A stretch of DNA of 64,000 bases, taken from the NCBI GenBank assembly GCA_052426225.1, contig JBNJNM010000021.1, positions 1,736,001 through 1,800,000 on the forward strand. Direction: 5' to 3'. This document shows positions 1 through 11,158 of this stretch, piece after piece (the first letter of the stretch is position 1; every line of letters begins with the position of its first letter). The notes below the pieces were generated by a model. That model saw nothing but the letters and a program-made list of their open reading frames with translations, was not told where the DNA came from and did no database searches. This stretch comes from Zancudomyces culisetae HAW-14-8 (lineage: Eukaryota; Fungi; Kickxellomycota). Made by a program: the position numbers and the translations under genes.

Positions 1-31
1 GGGTAATATAATATAAATTTTAAATATTACA
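1..31 (+). repeat. 3' end of the 5' LTR
   Basis: GGGTAATATAATATAAATTTTAAATATTACA is identical to 4961-4991 and ends in the canonical CA. Confidence 0.95.
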
Positions 32-33
32 AT

Positions 34-51
34 TGGCGCTCCCAGCTAGGC
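34..51 (+). promoter_or_regulatory. Primer binding site (18 nt), tRNA-primed, possibly tRNA-Asn
   Basis: TGGCGCTCCCAGCTAGGC starts 2 nt after the LTR. Its reverse complement GCCTAGCTGGGAGCG-CCA has the layout of a tRNA 3' end with a G discriminator. Confidence 0.8.
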
Positions 52-142
52 GCAACGCCAGTGGGCTACAGATAACAGTTATAGAAAATACTAATAGTTG
101 AGGTCAAATTTAGTTAAAAGATAAGCCGGAAAAAGATAAGAA

Positions 143-3100
143 ATGAAGGTGCCAGAGACGTTTGATTGTACCAGTGGTATGGACCCAAAGGAATGGGTAG
201 GAAAATACAGGATAATTGCAAAACTTAACAAGTGGGATGAAGATGACTGGATCGATTTCGTACAACTACACTTGGGTAAGCGAGAGCTGGTTTGGTACAA
301 GAGAAACACTCTCAAGTTCACTTCGTGGGAAGAATTTACTAAACAGTTTATTACCAAATTTGGACCAAAAGACCAAAGTTTAAAATACTTGGAGCAGTTG
401 AAAACAATTAGTCAAGATGAATTCGAAACTATTGAGGAGTTAGAATACGAGCTAGAGGAACTGCTAACAAAGTCAAAAATCACTGAAGAGAAGCAAAAGC
501 TTAACTGGTTGCTTAGCGCGTTAACTACAGAGAATAGAATAAGAGTAAGGGATGCAGGAGTTGAAAGCTGGACAGAGATTGTTGAACTAATAAGTAAAGA
601 TGAACAACAATTAGCTATACAGCGAAAGCCAAGTGCTATTGAAAAAGAAAACAATAAAAAACAAACTAAACCACGCATTCAGCTTCCGCATTCGGGCAGG
701 CCGATTAAGGATATGGCCCAGGAAAAGTTAGGTTACGGAGAAATGGTTAAGAAGATGGAGGAGTGGAGTTTGAATCTCCTCACCAAGGTTGACGAGTTGA
801 TGGAAAACAAGCTCCGGGAGCATCGTAGACCCAGACCACAGTCATACACCAGGGGTCCCATCAAGTGTTTTAAGTGTGGGGTCGAAGGACACAAAGTACC
901 AGATTGTCCAGAGCAGAGTAAAGTACAAGATACCAGTGTAAATTTTATTGAACTTTCTACTGGTAACGAGGAAGACACCGACGTATTTGCAGTACAGAGA
1001 GGTATACATCCAAGGGGAGTACAAAAACCATATGACTTTAGTAATAAGAAGATGACTCCAATTACTACCCATACAAGGATGTCACAACGCAACATGGATG
1101 AAGTGCGAGCAGAAATGGAGGTAGAGCCACCAGCTAAACCTCAAGTGGTTGGAACAGCGAAAGATCATGCAACAAAAGAGGAGCCACCAAAAAGCAGAAA
1201 TAAGTTGATACCAAAGATTACAGAAGGTATAGAACCATTTAGCTTAGTGGAGGACCTGAAGAGTTACTACCCTCATATAAGCCTACCCCAACTGATACAG
1301 GCTGCTCCACAATTAACACATGATATGAGTCAACTAGCAAAAAAGGTAAAAAAAGATGAGATAAACGAGATACGCCTGAATCCATCTAAGACATCCAGTT
1401 GCAAAATTGAGATCACCATATTTGGAAGAAGAATGTGGGCAGTTGTAGATACAGGGGCCGCGTGCTCTGTAGCTACTCCAAACTTAGTATATGGATGGGG
1501 TCTAATCACGGAGCAGTCGGATGGACAAGTGATAGTCACAGCGGACGGCCGAAGGCATGCACCTCGGGGGATAATTAGAGATGTACCGGTGCAAATAGGA
1601 AAGTATATCTTCGCTACTGACATTACTATCATGGAAAGAACTGACGATATTCTCATATTAGGAACGGATTGGCTTTTAGCCCACAAAACGAAACTAGATA
1701 TGCAGAAAGGTGAACTAGCACTACCAGTAGGAAAACAATTATTGCTAGCACCCCTTTACACTCGCGTAGCAGCAGAAGGAGCAGATTCAGATGAAGCGGA
1801 AGTATATTTAGTGATCAGTGAACGTCAAGATGAGGGAACAGAGGAGGTAGCTATGGACCCGCGGGTCACGGAACTGATAGAGGAAAACAAAGAACTATTC
1901 ATTGAGGATGTAGAACAGCTCACCCAGACGAATGTTACTCAACATCGTATCGAGCTAACACAGGATACTCCCATCCGACAACGTCCATACCGCATACCAT
2001 TCCACTTATATGAAAAGGTCCGTACTGAGCTAGAGATTATGGAGAAGAATGGCGTTATTGCGCCCTGCACATCGGAGTGGTGCTCACCCGTTGTAGCAGT
2101 CTGGAAAAAGAACGGTAAGCTCCGAATCTGTGCGGACTACCGCAAACTGAACCAAGTCACCCGGAAGGATTCCTATCCTCTCCCCACCATAGATGACATT
2201 TTTATGGCATTAGCTGGTGCCACCATATTTAGCTCGTTTGACGCCTTAAGTGGGTATTGGCAGATACCCATGGCGCTGGAAGATCGCGATAAAACTGCCT
2301 TCGCAATTCCTGGAAGTGGGACGTACTGCTATAACGTGATGCCGTTTGGGCTCACGAATAGCCCAGCCTCCTTCCAGCGAATGATGGAAAAAGCCCTCGC
2401 GCCTGTCCTGTGGAAGACCACAGTAGTCTTTATAGACGATATTGTGGTATACTCAACATCTTTTGAACAACATCTAGTCGATGTCCGTGAGGTTCTACAG
2501 CTTCTTAAAACTAACAATATACAACTTCACAAGAATAAATGTAGTTTAGCCGTAAATTCGTTAACATACTTAGGACACACCATCTCAGGTAAGGGTATTG
2601 AGACGTGTATGGATAAAATAATTGCTATACAAAAAGCCGAGTCGCCGAAGTCGGTTAAGGAACTTCAATCGTTCCTTGGACTGACTGGTTACTACCGAAA
2701 GTTCGTGGAGAACTATGCCAGAATCGTAGCCCCGTTATTGAAGCTGCTCAAAAAGAATACAGTGTGGAGTTGGCAGTCGGAACATCAGTCAGCAGTAGAA
2801 GAACTAAAGAAACAACTTTGCGAGACTCCAGTTTTATCCCATCCAGATTGGACGCGGGAATTTATTGTTACAACGGACGCCTCCATTATAGGCATTGGGG
2901 CGATCCTCTCCCAGGAATTTGAAGACGGTGAAAGGCCGATTTGCTATTTGAGTCGCATTTTAAACCCACATGAGAGAAACTATTCAGTGGCACATTTAGA
3001 GGGACTTGCTGTAGTATGGTCCGTAAAGAAATTAAGACAATACTTGTGGGGTAAACATTTTATCATTCGTACTGACCACAAGGCGCTAATACAACTGTTT

Positions 3101-4564
3101 AATGGTAAAGACATAACCGGACGTGTCGCCCGTTGGGCAATGATACTCCGCAACTATAATTACTCCATTGTGCATTGTATGGGAAAGCGGAACCCAGCTG
3201 ACGCGTTGTCTAGGCTCCCAACCAATGAACCCTCGACTTCCATTGAAGAACTGGACATACTCACGCTTGACTTTCTATATTACACGGCTATTACGACTTA
3301 CTTGAGAGAGAAAGAGTACCCTAGAGGAGCAGATGAGAGGTTTCGGGAGAAGTTGCGTAACAAGGCACGGAAATATACACTGAAAAACGATAGACTGTGC
3401 CGTGTTATAAAAGGACAAGTCAAGGAGGTCCTGCACGAGAAAAACATTGAGGAGACTATATCCACCATTCATGAAGAGGGACACAATGGTATAGAAAACA
3501 CATGGCTAAAGGTGAAAGAGAAATACACTGGCGAAGGACTATATGAAGTTGTGAAAAAAATAGTTAATGAATGTATCACCTGCCAAAGATATAAAGGTGG
3601 AAGAACACGAAGAAGCAACCTAAATCCTATATTTAGCCCGCGACCATTCAGCATATTTGGATTAGATGCAATTGGACCCATCAATCCGGTGAGTAAAACA
3701 GGTAATAGATTTATTTTAACGGGAATTGATTACTTTACTAAGTGGCCAGTGGCCGCTGCAGTAAGTAATATAAAGACTGAGACCATTATTAGTTTTATAC
3801 TAACCCATATTATTCAGTGGTTCGGGGTGCCTAGCCAAATCATAACCGACCGCGGCTCAGGATTTGTGAGCGACTTGGCGGAACAGGTATATAAGGAATT
3901 GGGAATTCGTCACACACCGACAACGCCGTATCGCCCCCAAAGCAACGGCCAAGTGGAACGGCTGAATCAAACCCTGAAGAATGCATTAGTGCGACAATGT
4001 CGAAAGGACAAACAAAACTGGGATAAGTTCATTTGGAAATCGCTACTTGCAATCCGGACAATGAGAAACAAATCTACCAAGTATAGTCCTGCTGAGTTGC
4101 TATACGGAGTGCAAATTGCTACCCCTAGCGTATGGACTCCGCCTCCCGATGTTGACAATCTAGATATTGCAGTACAAGAACGAATTGATGCTATAAAATC
4201 ATCATTGCCGGAGATGAGAACTGATAGTGTAAGGAATAACGTACTCGCTAAAGAAAAGGATCGTGAATCATATAACAAGCAGGTTAAACCGTACAAATTC
4301 AATCAAGGGGACTTAGTACTAAAGATGACAGAGCAAACCCAGAGTAAGCTAGAGGAGATCTGGGAGGGACCCTATCAAGTGGAAAATGTATTATCCAAGG
4401 GAACTTATATAATAACGGATAACGAAGGGAAGAGAGATCTGGTCAATGGGGATATGCTAAAACAGTTTCACTACAGTAAGAACATGATACCTGAGGTGTC
4501 GTCTGCGTTACGTACCAAGTTAAGACGGTTTAAAAATGTCCCAACGATAAGTCCAATCTGGTAG
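143..4564 (+). CDS. Gag-Pol polyprotein, 1473 aa, single ORF
   Basis: CCHC knuckle CFKCGVEGHKVPDC; protease VDTGA; RT motifs DYRKLN, MPFGL and FIDD; RNase H TDAS; integrase H-H-C-C, D,D,E (LDAIG, TDRG, VERLN) and WEGPY. No chromodomain visible. Confidence 0.97.
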   Translation: MKVPETFDCTSGMDPKEWVGKYRIIAKLNKWDEDDWIDFVQLHLGKRELVWYKRNTLKFTSWEEFTKQFITKFGPKDQSLKYLEQLKTISQDEFETIEELEYELEELLTKSKITEEKQKLNWLLSALTTENRIRVRDAGVESWTEIVELISKDEQQLAIQRKPSAIEKENNKKQTKPRIQLPHSGRPIKDMAQEKLGYGEMVKKMEEWSLNLLTKVDELMENKLREHRRPRPQSYTRGPIKCFKCGVEGHKVPDCPEQSKVQDTSVNFIELSTGNEEDTDVFAVQRGIHPRGVQKPYDFSNKKMTPITTHTRMSQRNMDEVRAEMEVEPPAKPQVVGTAKDHATKEEPPKSRNKLIPKITEGIEPFSLVEDLKSYYPHISLPQLIQAAPQLTHDMSQLAKKVKKDEINEIRLNPSKTSSCKIEITIFGRRMWAVVDTGAACSVATPNLVYGWGLITEQSDGQVIVTADGRRHAPRGIIRDVPVQIGKYIFATDITIMERTDDILILGTDWLLAHKTKLDMQKGELALPVGKQLLLAPLYTRVAAEGADSDEAEVYLVISERQDEGTEEVAMDPRVTELIEENKELFIEDVEQLTQTNVTQHRIELTQDTPIRQRPYRIPFHLYEKVRTELEIMEKNGVIAPCTSEWCSPVVAVWKKNGKLRICADYRKLNQVTRKDSYPLPTIDDIFMALAGATIFSSFDALSGYWQIPMALEDRDKTAFAIPGSGTYCYNVMPFGLTNSPASFQRMMEKALAPVLWKTTVVFIDDIVVYSTSFEQHLVDVREVLQLLKTNNIQLHKNKCSLAVNSLTYLGHTISGKGIETCMDKIIAIQKAESPKSVKELQSFLGLTGYYRKFVENYARIVAPLLKLLKKNTVWSWQSEHQSAVEELKKQLCETPVLSHPDWTREFIVTTDASIIGIGAILSQEFEDGERPICYLSRILNPHERNYSVAHLEGLAVVWSVKKLRQYLWGKHFIIRTDHKALIQLFNGKDITGRVARWAMILRNYNYSIVHCMGKRNPADALSRLPTNEPSTSIEELDILTLDFLYYTAITTYLREKEYPRGADERFREKLRNKARKYTLKNDRLCRVIKGQVKEVLHEKNIEETISTIHEEGHNGIENTWLKVKEKYTGEGLYEVVKKIVNECITCQRYKGGRTRRSNLNPIFSPRPFSIFGLDAIGPINPVSKTGNRFILTGIDYFTKWPVAAAVSNIKTETIISFILTHIIQWFGVPSQIITDRGSGFVSDLAEQVYKELGIRHTPTTPYRPQSNGQVERLNQTLKNALVRQCRKDKQNWDKFIWKSLLAIRTMRNKSTKYSPAELLYGVQIATPSVWTPPPDVDNLDIAVQERIDAIKSSLPEMRTDSVRNNVLAKEKDRESYNKQVKPYKFNQGDLVLKMTEQTQSKLEEIWEGPYQVENVLSKGTYIITDNEGKRDLVNGDMLKQFHYSKNMIPEVSSALRTKLRRFKNVPTISPIW

Positions 4565-4573
4565 GGGAGTATC
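4560..4573 (+). promoter_or_regulatory. Polypurine tract region
   Basis: GGTAGGGGAG overlaps the pol stop codon just before the TG start of the 3' LTR. Confidence 0.75.
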
Positions 4574-4639
4574 TGTCATATAGAAATGGGTGGATTACCC
4601 CTTGTCAGAAATTGGTTAGGTAATTTATTAATGAGTCAT

Positions 4640-4683
<44 letters not shown>

Positions 4684-4991
4684 CATTTTATTGGGAAGAT
4701 TGGACTTTTCTCCCTAGGAGGGTTTTTTCCTACTTCCTTGATAACAAGTTCGTGTTATCATTACTTTTATATAGGAGTTTGGATTTCTAGTTTTAAGAAA
4801 GAGATTATTATCAATTTTTATTAAGTATATCATAAAAAATAAACTACAATAGAAAAATATAACAAGTGTCTACACAAAACTCAGTTATTAACATAAACGG
4901 TGAGCTTAAACACTATCCGTGAAGGAAGTAACTAGTGTATTGACACTGTGCACCCATAACGGGTAATATAATATAAATTTTAAATATTACA
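4574..4991 (+). repeat. 3' LTR (~418 bp)
   Basis: Begins TGTCATAT and ends ATATTACA (8-bp terminal inverted repeat, one mismatch). The last 31 bp match the window start. Confidence 0.88.
4643..4683. repeat. (TAT)n microsatellite inside the LTR
   Basis: About 13 tandem TAT units. Confidence 0.95.
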
Positions 4992-5000
4992 AACGACATA

Positions 5001-5082
5001 GGTATTATGGCCGAGCGGTCTAAGGCGCCGCACTCAAGTTGCGGTCTCGAAAGAGGCGTGAGTTCGAATCTCACTGATACCA
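5001..5082 (+). tRNA. tRNA-Leu(CAA), intronless
   Basis: Acceptor GGTATTA/TGATACC with A discriminator; anticodon arm CCGCA-CTCAAGT-TGCGG; long variable arm; GTTCGAATC T loop. Confidence 0.97.
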
Positions 5083-5084
5083 CA

Positions 5085-5090
5085 TTTTTT
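5085..5090 (+). terminator. Pol III oligo-T terminator
   Basis: TTTTTT two nt after the tRNA 3' end. Confidence 0.85.
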
Positions 5091-6179
5091 ACTCTATATT
5101 TTTTGCCCGGTAAGAATTGCGATTCCTGAGTTAAAGATATTCACCTATGAGAGCATCACAATTAATAAAACAACAATTTAGGATGATAAATTGAATATAA
5201 CAAAATGAGACATCTATAGCCTTTCTTAACAGAATATCTTTATATGTACGTTTATTAACATATTAGATACAATTAGTACTTAATAACTAATATAGTTTTA
5301 CTTAGTATTTTATTAGTATATCAATATTAAAAGTGGTTTAAACATTCACAATCGGCAAACAGAACTAGCTTATTGATTCGAGACCTGCGTTTATCTCACA
5401 TAATCAGTGCTATACTTAACTCAGCCATCACATTTGCTGAAAGATATTTTAAGATTTATAAATATTCTAATAAATATTACATATCCACTGATATTAATCT
5501 TATTTAATACTATTTTGTATAAACTAATTACTTTCTCTTTTAATTTATTTAATCAGTTATTAAGTCTAATTAGATTATACATGTCAATTAGTTTAAAACT
5601 AAATATTATCCTTTTCAAACAAATTAATTATAGAACCCAAATTACAATATATTAATATAGGATCCGTCCAGTGTATACTAGATTAATATAACTTATAAGA
5701 CGTTAAACGTGTTTTATGATAAATTTTTTGTATTCTTAATGGTATTTTTATTGCTGTTTAGATTTTATACTACTATTATTCCTGTTTTAATAGAAAACTA
5801 TGTAAATATCCAAGTACTAGTTATAATCAATATGTAGCCAAAAAACGTACATGTGCTGCGAGTTCGATTAAATGGGGCCACCCTTTTCTTTGTCAGTAAC
5901 TCATCAATATGTAGTAAATTTATATTTATACAATTTAGTTGTTCAAGAAAGATTAGAGTTTTCTCTTTTCGTTTTTACATTTGTTTGTATTCGCTGATAA
6001 TTCTGAAATCCAACTTTCTAATTTAGGTATTTATTTTTATTCATTACTGCTTACTCCTATTGGTAGTTGATTCTACTATGGTTGCAACTGATTCGTAGCA
6101 TAATCGGTTTCGGTGTTTTACTAAATTCTGATTAGTATTTCAATGTTGTAGTATAACATCTACATTTTTTCTAACAAAT

Positions 6180-7500
6180 CAACACTATTCGGAGAATCAA
6201 GAAATTTTAATGAATGGACCATTTACAATCACTGAAATTAGCTATACTAACAAAGTTTACAAGATAAAATGTGTTGTGAATCAAAAAGAGGACGGACTGC
6301 GTATTGAAAGTCATTAGGACTTCTTTAACTAAATCTTCACAGTATATATTTTAAAAAGAGTGATTGGTTACAATACTTTGTAATTATTATAATCACTTTT
6401 GGTTTATTTATTTTAAGTAATAAAAATGTATTTAAATGTTCGTAAATGGTAAGCTAGCTAGTCAAGTGATCAGAGACCAAAGCGTAACTAACGGTATAAC
6501 TGATTAATTAGCTTTGTTAATTTTCTTATCTGAAAAAATATAAATGATTGAAACTAAAATCTAACCATTATAAAATGACTTTTGCTAATTTTATACATAT
6601 TGAAAAAAGTAGATTTTATTACACACGCTTATCATATTCTTTTGTGTTTCTCTTCTATTATGGTTATTTCCCTGATCATCATGTTATCTATTTTTTGAAT
6701 TTTTGATTATAAACTGATTTTTCATTCATTTTTTAGGGCCTCCATCCTGCTATCTAGAATTGCCATATACTCACAATGCCTATCTCTGGAAAATACCTTT
6801 TTCAATTTTAATAGTTACATCACTATCTCCATTTATCTTTACATTTATCATTGTTATAAGGTATAGATACTTTTTTCAACTATTTTTACCATCTAAACTT
6901 TACATTTACTGATTTCTCTAATGCTAGGCGATGATTTTGGAGATAATTATAGCGATATGACAACTTTTTTTCAGATTTTATTTATTATATATAGATTTTA
7001 ATGATTTGTGCTAGTACGTTATGTGTTTAGGTAAATGGTACTTATCCAATATATAAATTACATGATACCTCCTTAAGCATCATGAAATATTTAAAAAAAT
7101 TCCTTTATTCTAACAGTATAGTTGGTCGAATATACTAGTGGCGTACTTGATTTTGTTTGACCCATACTCATTGCTAAACTTACTTGAAAGCATAATACAC
7201 ATCAATATTTTAAAAACAGCTAGGTATAAATAGACGATTATTTCTAGAACTTTTTTTTAAAAACTTTTATGTTTATTTTGGTGAATTTTTATATTACGTT
7301 TATCTATATTGCTTAGAATTTAATGTCAAATTGTAAAATATTATTTTTGGGAATTAAAGCTATTTAACTAACACTCTCGGGCTAATTCGATAAGTGTTTT
7401 TAGCCTTATAAATTGGTGTTTACTATCTTCTAGATTGTGTAAAATGACGCCAAAGGTCATAATCCTAGTTAATTTTTACTTAATTTTTACTATTTATCAG
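6180..7500. mobile_element. Probable decayed LTR-retroelement integrase relics
   Basis: Plus strand 6210-6317 translates MNGPFTITEISYTNKVYKIKC (GPY/F-like). Minus strand near 6620-6655 gives KRNTKEYDKRV. No long ORF and very AT-rich. Confidence 0.35.
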
Positions 7501-8408
7501 ATTCCCTTTTTACATATTGTTCTCTTTAGTGAGTGTATGGTGAATCTTTCTTGTTCTTGTATTATTCGATAAAAGGTAAATTGCCTCCTATATTTTTAAA
7601 TTTGTTCTGGTGATAGAATTATTTTTTTTCAATCCAGCCTAATTAGAGTATCCGCATACTGTTTATAGTTTATTAATACTCTTGATAGTACCATTAGGTA
7701 TCTGTATTAATCAACTTTTATCAACTAGATTCTTGGTTGAAAACACTTGACTAAACCCTTATAGAATATTATCATTACACTCTAAAGATAGAGAACACAT
7801 TCATAAATATCCAACATCACTGATTTGCCCCCTATATGTATACTCTACTCTTTCAATCAGCTCATCTTATAGTTATCTATTCAGAATTGTGAATCAAGTT
7901 TTTCTGTTTATCGATTGCTTGTTTGGTTATCATTTTAATCAATCTATTTTTTTTATGGTATCATAAACCAACCTATAAATTGGCAGTTTGCAAACGTTTT
8001 TAAGTTGTAGCTTCTATTTGCGTTTATTTTGACCGGAGGAATTTTATATTTAGCTAAGTTATGAATTTTATTCTTTAATGGCTCAATAGTTTCCAATAGC
8101 ATTCAATTTCCACAAATTTTTCCAAACCTCAACCAGCCATTTAATTTAACCAATTTTATTACTGGTTTTCTTGGATTTTGTATATTTTTTTTCCACATAA
8201 CATTGTTAGTAATAATAAAACAATAAAAGCAACCTATGTGCTTTATTCATTTTGCTTTTTACAACTAAGCTTTTTAGATACTTCAACAATTCTATATCGT
8301 TTTATTTATCAATATTGTTTCTCCCCTGAAATAATACGGAATTTTCATTACCTTTACTTTTAAAACGAAATTGTATTACTAAAGAATAACCAAAATCGAA
8401 GCTTTTCC

Positions 8409-10105
8409 ATGCCTATAGAGAACTTGAGTCCAGGAACACAAAAGATCTCTCAAATTAGCTCGTATGCAACGGATTTGGAGAGATTTATTGAGGTTTTAGA
8501 TTCAGAAGTATTTGTGGATGTAGGCAAATTACGAAAATACTCACGTTTTGGAATACCCGATCAAATTAGACCTGTAAGTCCAAGATTACTTCAAATCTAA
8601 ACTCAAATTGTCGGATCTTCATGAATCATTCTATCAATTCGACCAAATTTGATCAAACGAATATTGTATTATCTGAAGGGGGGGGGGATTTCACGTTATA
8701 TCTTTGTTACTTTCAATACCTTTTTTTGATCTTATAATGATCAAGTAAAATTGCCAAAATATTGGCAACTGTTATATATATTTAATTGTTTTTTCAACTA
8801 AACAATTTGCTTAATAAATCTCCTTGTAGATTGTATGGAAATTTTTGCTTGGGATAGAGAAAGCTGACAGATGTAAGTGCAATAAAAAGCTTTTTGCAAT
8901 TTTTTACAAAGCAGAATAGGAAAAGTAATCAAAAACCTTATTTACATGTAATAGCAAATGAATTGACATTGAGAAATATCCGGGCTCAGCGGTATATGGG
9001 AACCGATAAAACAAATTCAGAATTTGGTAAAAGGATACGTGGAGAGGTGAATCGTTATTTTCAAAAGTTGGGAAAGTCGTGTCCCTTCGATGTCCACAAT
9101 GATCCGAACAAGTTTGAGGCGATTATTTGTGCGTATCTGAATACAAATAACTATTCCGAATATACACCAGCATATGTGCAAATGTGTGCACCATTTGTGT
9201 ATGTAATTTCAGAAGAATATGATGTTTTGTACTGCTTTGAGCAGTTAATGGCTAAGATGGGTAAGTGTATTGCCTGTATTGTTGACATTTTCTATCGTGC
9301 TTCTTATTTTGCAGTTATTATATTGAATAATTTGAACAATGGTAGATGAATACAACGAGAATTACACTGAGAATCGCCAGGTTGCAAAATTTTTGTCACA
9401 GTTCCATTCACTCTTACCAGATTTGTAAGTTAACTAACCATTAACCTTTATGTTGTTAACCAGGAATTTTATTAGAATCAGCATTTTATTGATTTAACTG
9501 TTTAATATATACCCAATCTGTGTTATTTTTTGTTGATAGGTATGGAAACTTTGAAGATGAAGAAATAAATCTGTCAGAATTTGTCTCTCTCTGGCTAAAA
9601 CGCTTACTAGCGCCTTACCTGCCTCTTGAATCTACCATTGAGTTGTGGGACATATATTTCTCGATGCCAGATTTTGTGGATTTACATCCTTATGTTTGCT
9701 TGGGTATGTTTCACCGTGAGCATCACGTAAAAGTTGACCAAAATTGATCGTTTTTTTTTTTTGAAAATTAGACCTTGAGTGAAACGCCTCAATCCACTTA
9801 GCTGGAGATGATAATGATGATACTAATCTTAAATAGCGATATTATATTCACTGCGAGATTCTCTTGAGGAGCTGGAGCATTCAGAGATCAGATCAATAGT
9901 ATTTAGACTACCAAAAATTGACGTACAACGTGTAATAATTATTTCTATATACATAACTATCATTGCTACCTGTACAGGTATTAAATTATTACTCCGTACT
10001 TAACAACATCACTAACAACTTGAATGCTATTAGATTGTAAACCATGCCATAAATTTACGGAGTAAAAGCGAGATAGTATCTAATAACTTCAAAAACAAGT
10101 CTTGA
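8409..10105 (+). CDS. TBC-domain (Rab-GAP family) protein, multi-exon
   Basis: Spliced reading GIPDQIRP/IVWKFLLG...IRGEVNRY...LPLESTIELWDIYF...LHPYVCL. GT..AG introns start near 8573, 8873, 9261, 9425, 9704 and 9932. Confidence 0.85.
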
Positions 10106-10200
10106 TACTCAGTATATAAGAAAAATGAAGCAGTATAGCTTTCTTTAAACATTCTTTAGAGCACAGTAACATTTAATGACAGCAATATGTTGGTCTTATA

Positions 10201-10920
10201 TTATACATTACAACTCCCATCGCGTACCTTTCTTTTTTTTTCATCTTGTTTTTTGACTTCTTCTGCGATGGTTATTCAATAGGAGATGGGTTTAAATCGG
10301 ACCAGTTAGTTGTAGTACTAAATGGTAGATGTTAATACCTGTTCCTCTGAAATCATCATTTTTTGTTTCTTCATACCTCGTTAAGAGCTTAGAATTCTTA
10401 TTTAGAATGATGGTCAAAGGTTGGAAGTGTTACTCCCAGCTCTTTGAGTCAAAGTTGGTGCGTCTCTTGAGCATTACTGCTCTGATAGTGGTACTATCAC
10501 GCATAGAATGTCCTAGAAAATTCCAGAACTTTTTTTTTATCTGTAGTATTTGTTATGCTAAAGGATTTCAGTTTCCGATTTGAGGAGCGAATTGGCTTGA
10601 CGTATGAGCGATTGGAATATACGTAATGTCCAATGATAAGTGTATTTTCTACCTAATATTTGACAAGTGTATGTACAGTTTGGGTGAATTAGGATCCGGC
10701 TTTTGTGGCGAAATGGTTCATTTGTGACTTTGTTTGTATTGGCCACTCGATGTGATTTTTTTGAATGTGCACCAATTCTGGTTTTCAGCAATTCCAATCT
10801 TGCCAAGAACATTGAGGAAAGCTCTAGAAAAGAAATAAACTGTGCTGGATGCTTGCAACTTGGCTTTTTGTCAGCTAAGGGTGAATAAGGCGTATATATT
10901 AACTCTACTAATTCCCCCAT
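10201..10920 (-). CDS. Hypothetical spliced gene or remnant
   Basis: 120-codon ORF at 10558-10920, plus a clean terminal intron (GTATTA..ACTAAC..CGCAG) joining DDFRGT to EEVKKQDEKKRKVRDGSCNV*. Middle exons could not be phased. Confidence 0.3.
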
Positions 10921-11158
10921 TGTTACTACTGTATTTTGTATTATTTCAATTTTGATTAAATGTACTTTGCAAAGGTTTAAAAAGAAAAGCCATTGAAGAA
11001 TAGTGATATATTTTGACGAAATAATAGTTTATCAAATATAAAATATATATTTAAAATAATAAATTTACGAACAAGGGGTTTTGGTTTAAATTAGAAACAA
11101 GCTATAAACAAGAAATCTTTGTAAACAAATAAAAGTAGTAATCGGATATAAATTAAAT

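Larger units (their letters stand above)
1..4991 (+). mobile_element. Ty3/gypsy LTR retrotransposon, apparently intact (5' LTR cut by window edge)
   Basis: Bases 1-31 are identical to 4961-4991 (LTR ends). PBS follows the 5' LTR. One uninterrupted gag-pol ORF in PR-RT-RH-IN order. PPT precedes the 3' LTR. Confidence 0.97.

Noticed and set aside
34-51. Tf1-like self-priming
   Set aside because: No complement of the PBS in the LTR, and the PBS begins TGG as expected for a tRNA CCA end.
5407-5655. Hydrophobic ORF resembling a mitochondrial gene fragment
   Set aside because: The I/L/N/F/K composition is explained by extreme AT content; no motif.
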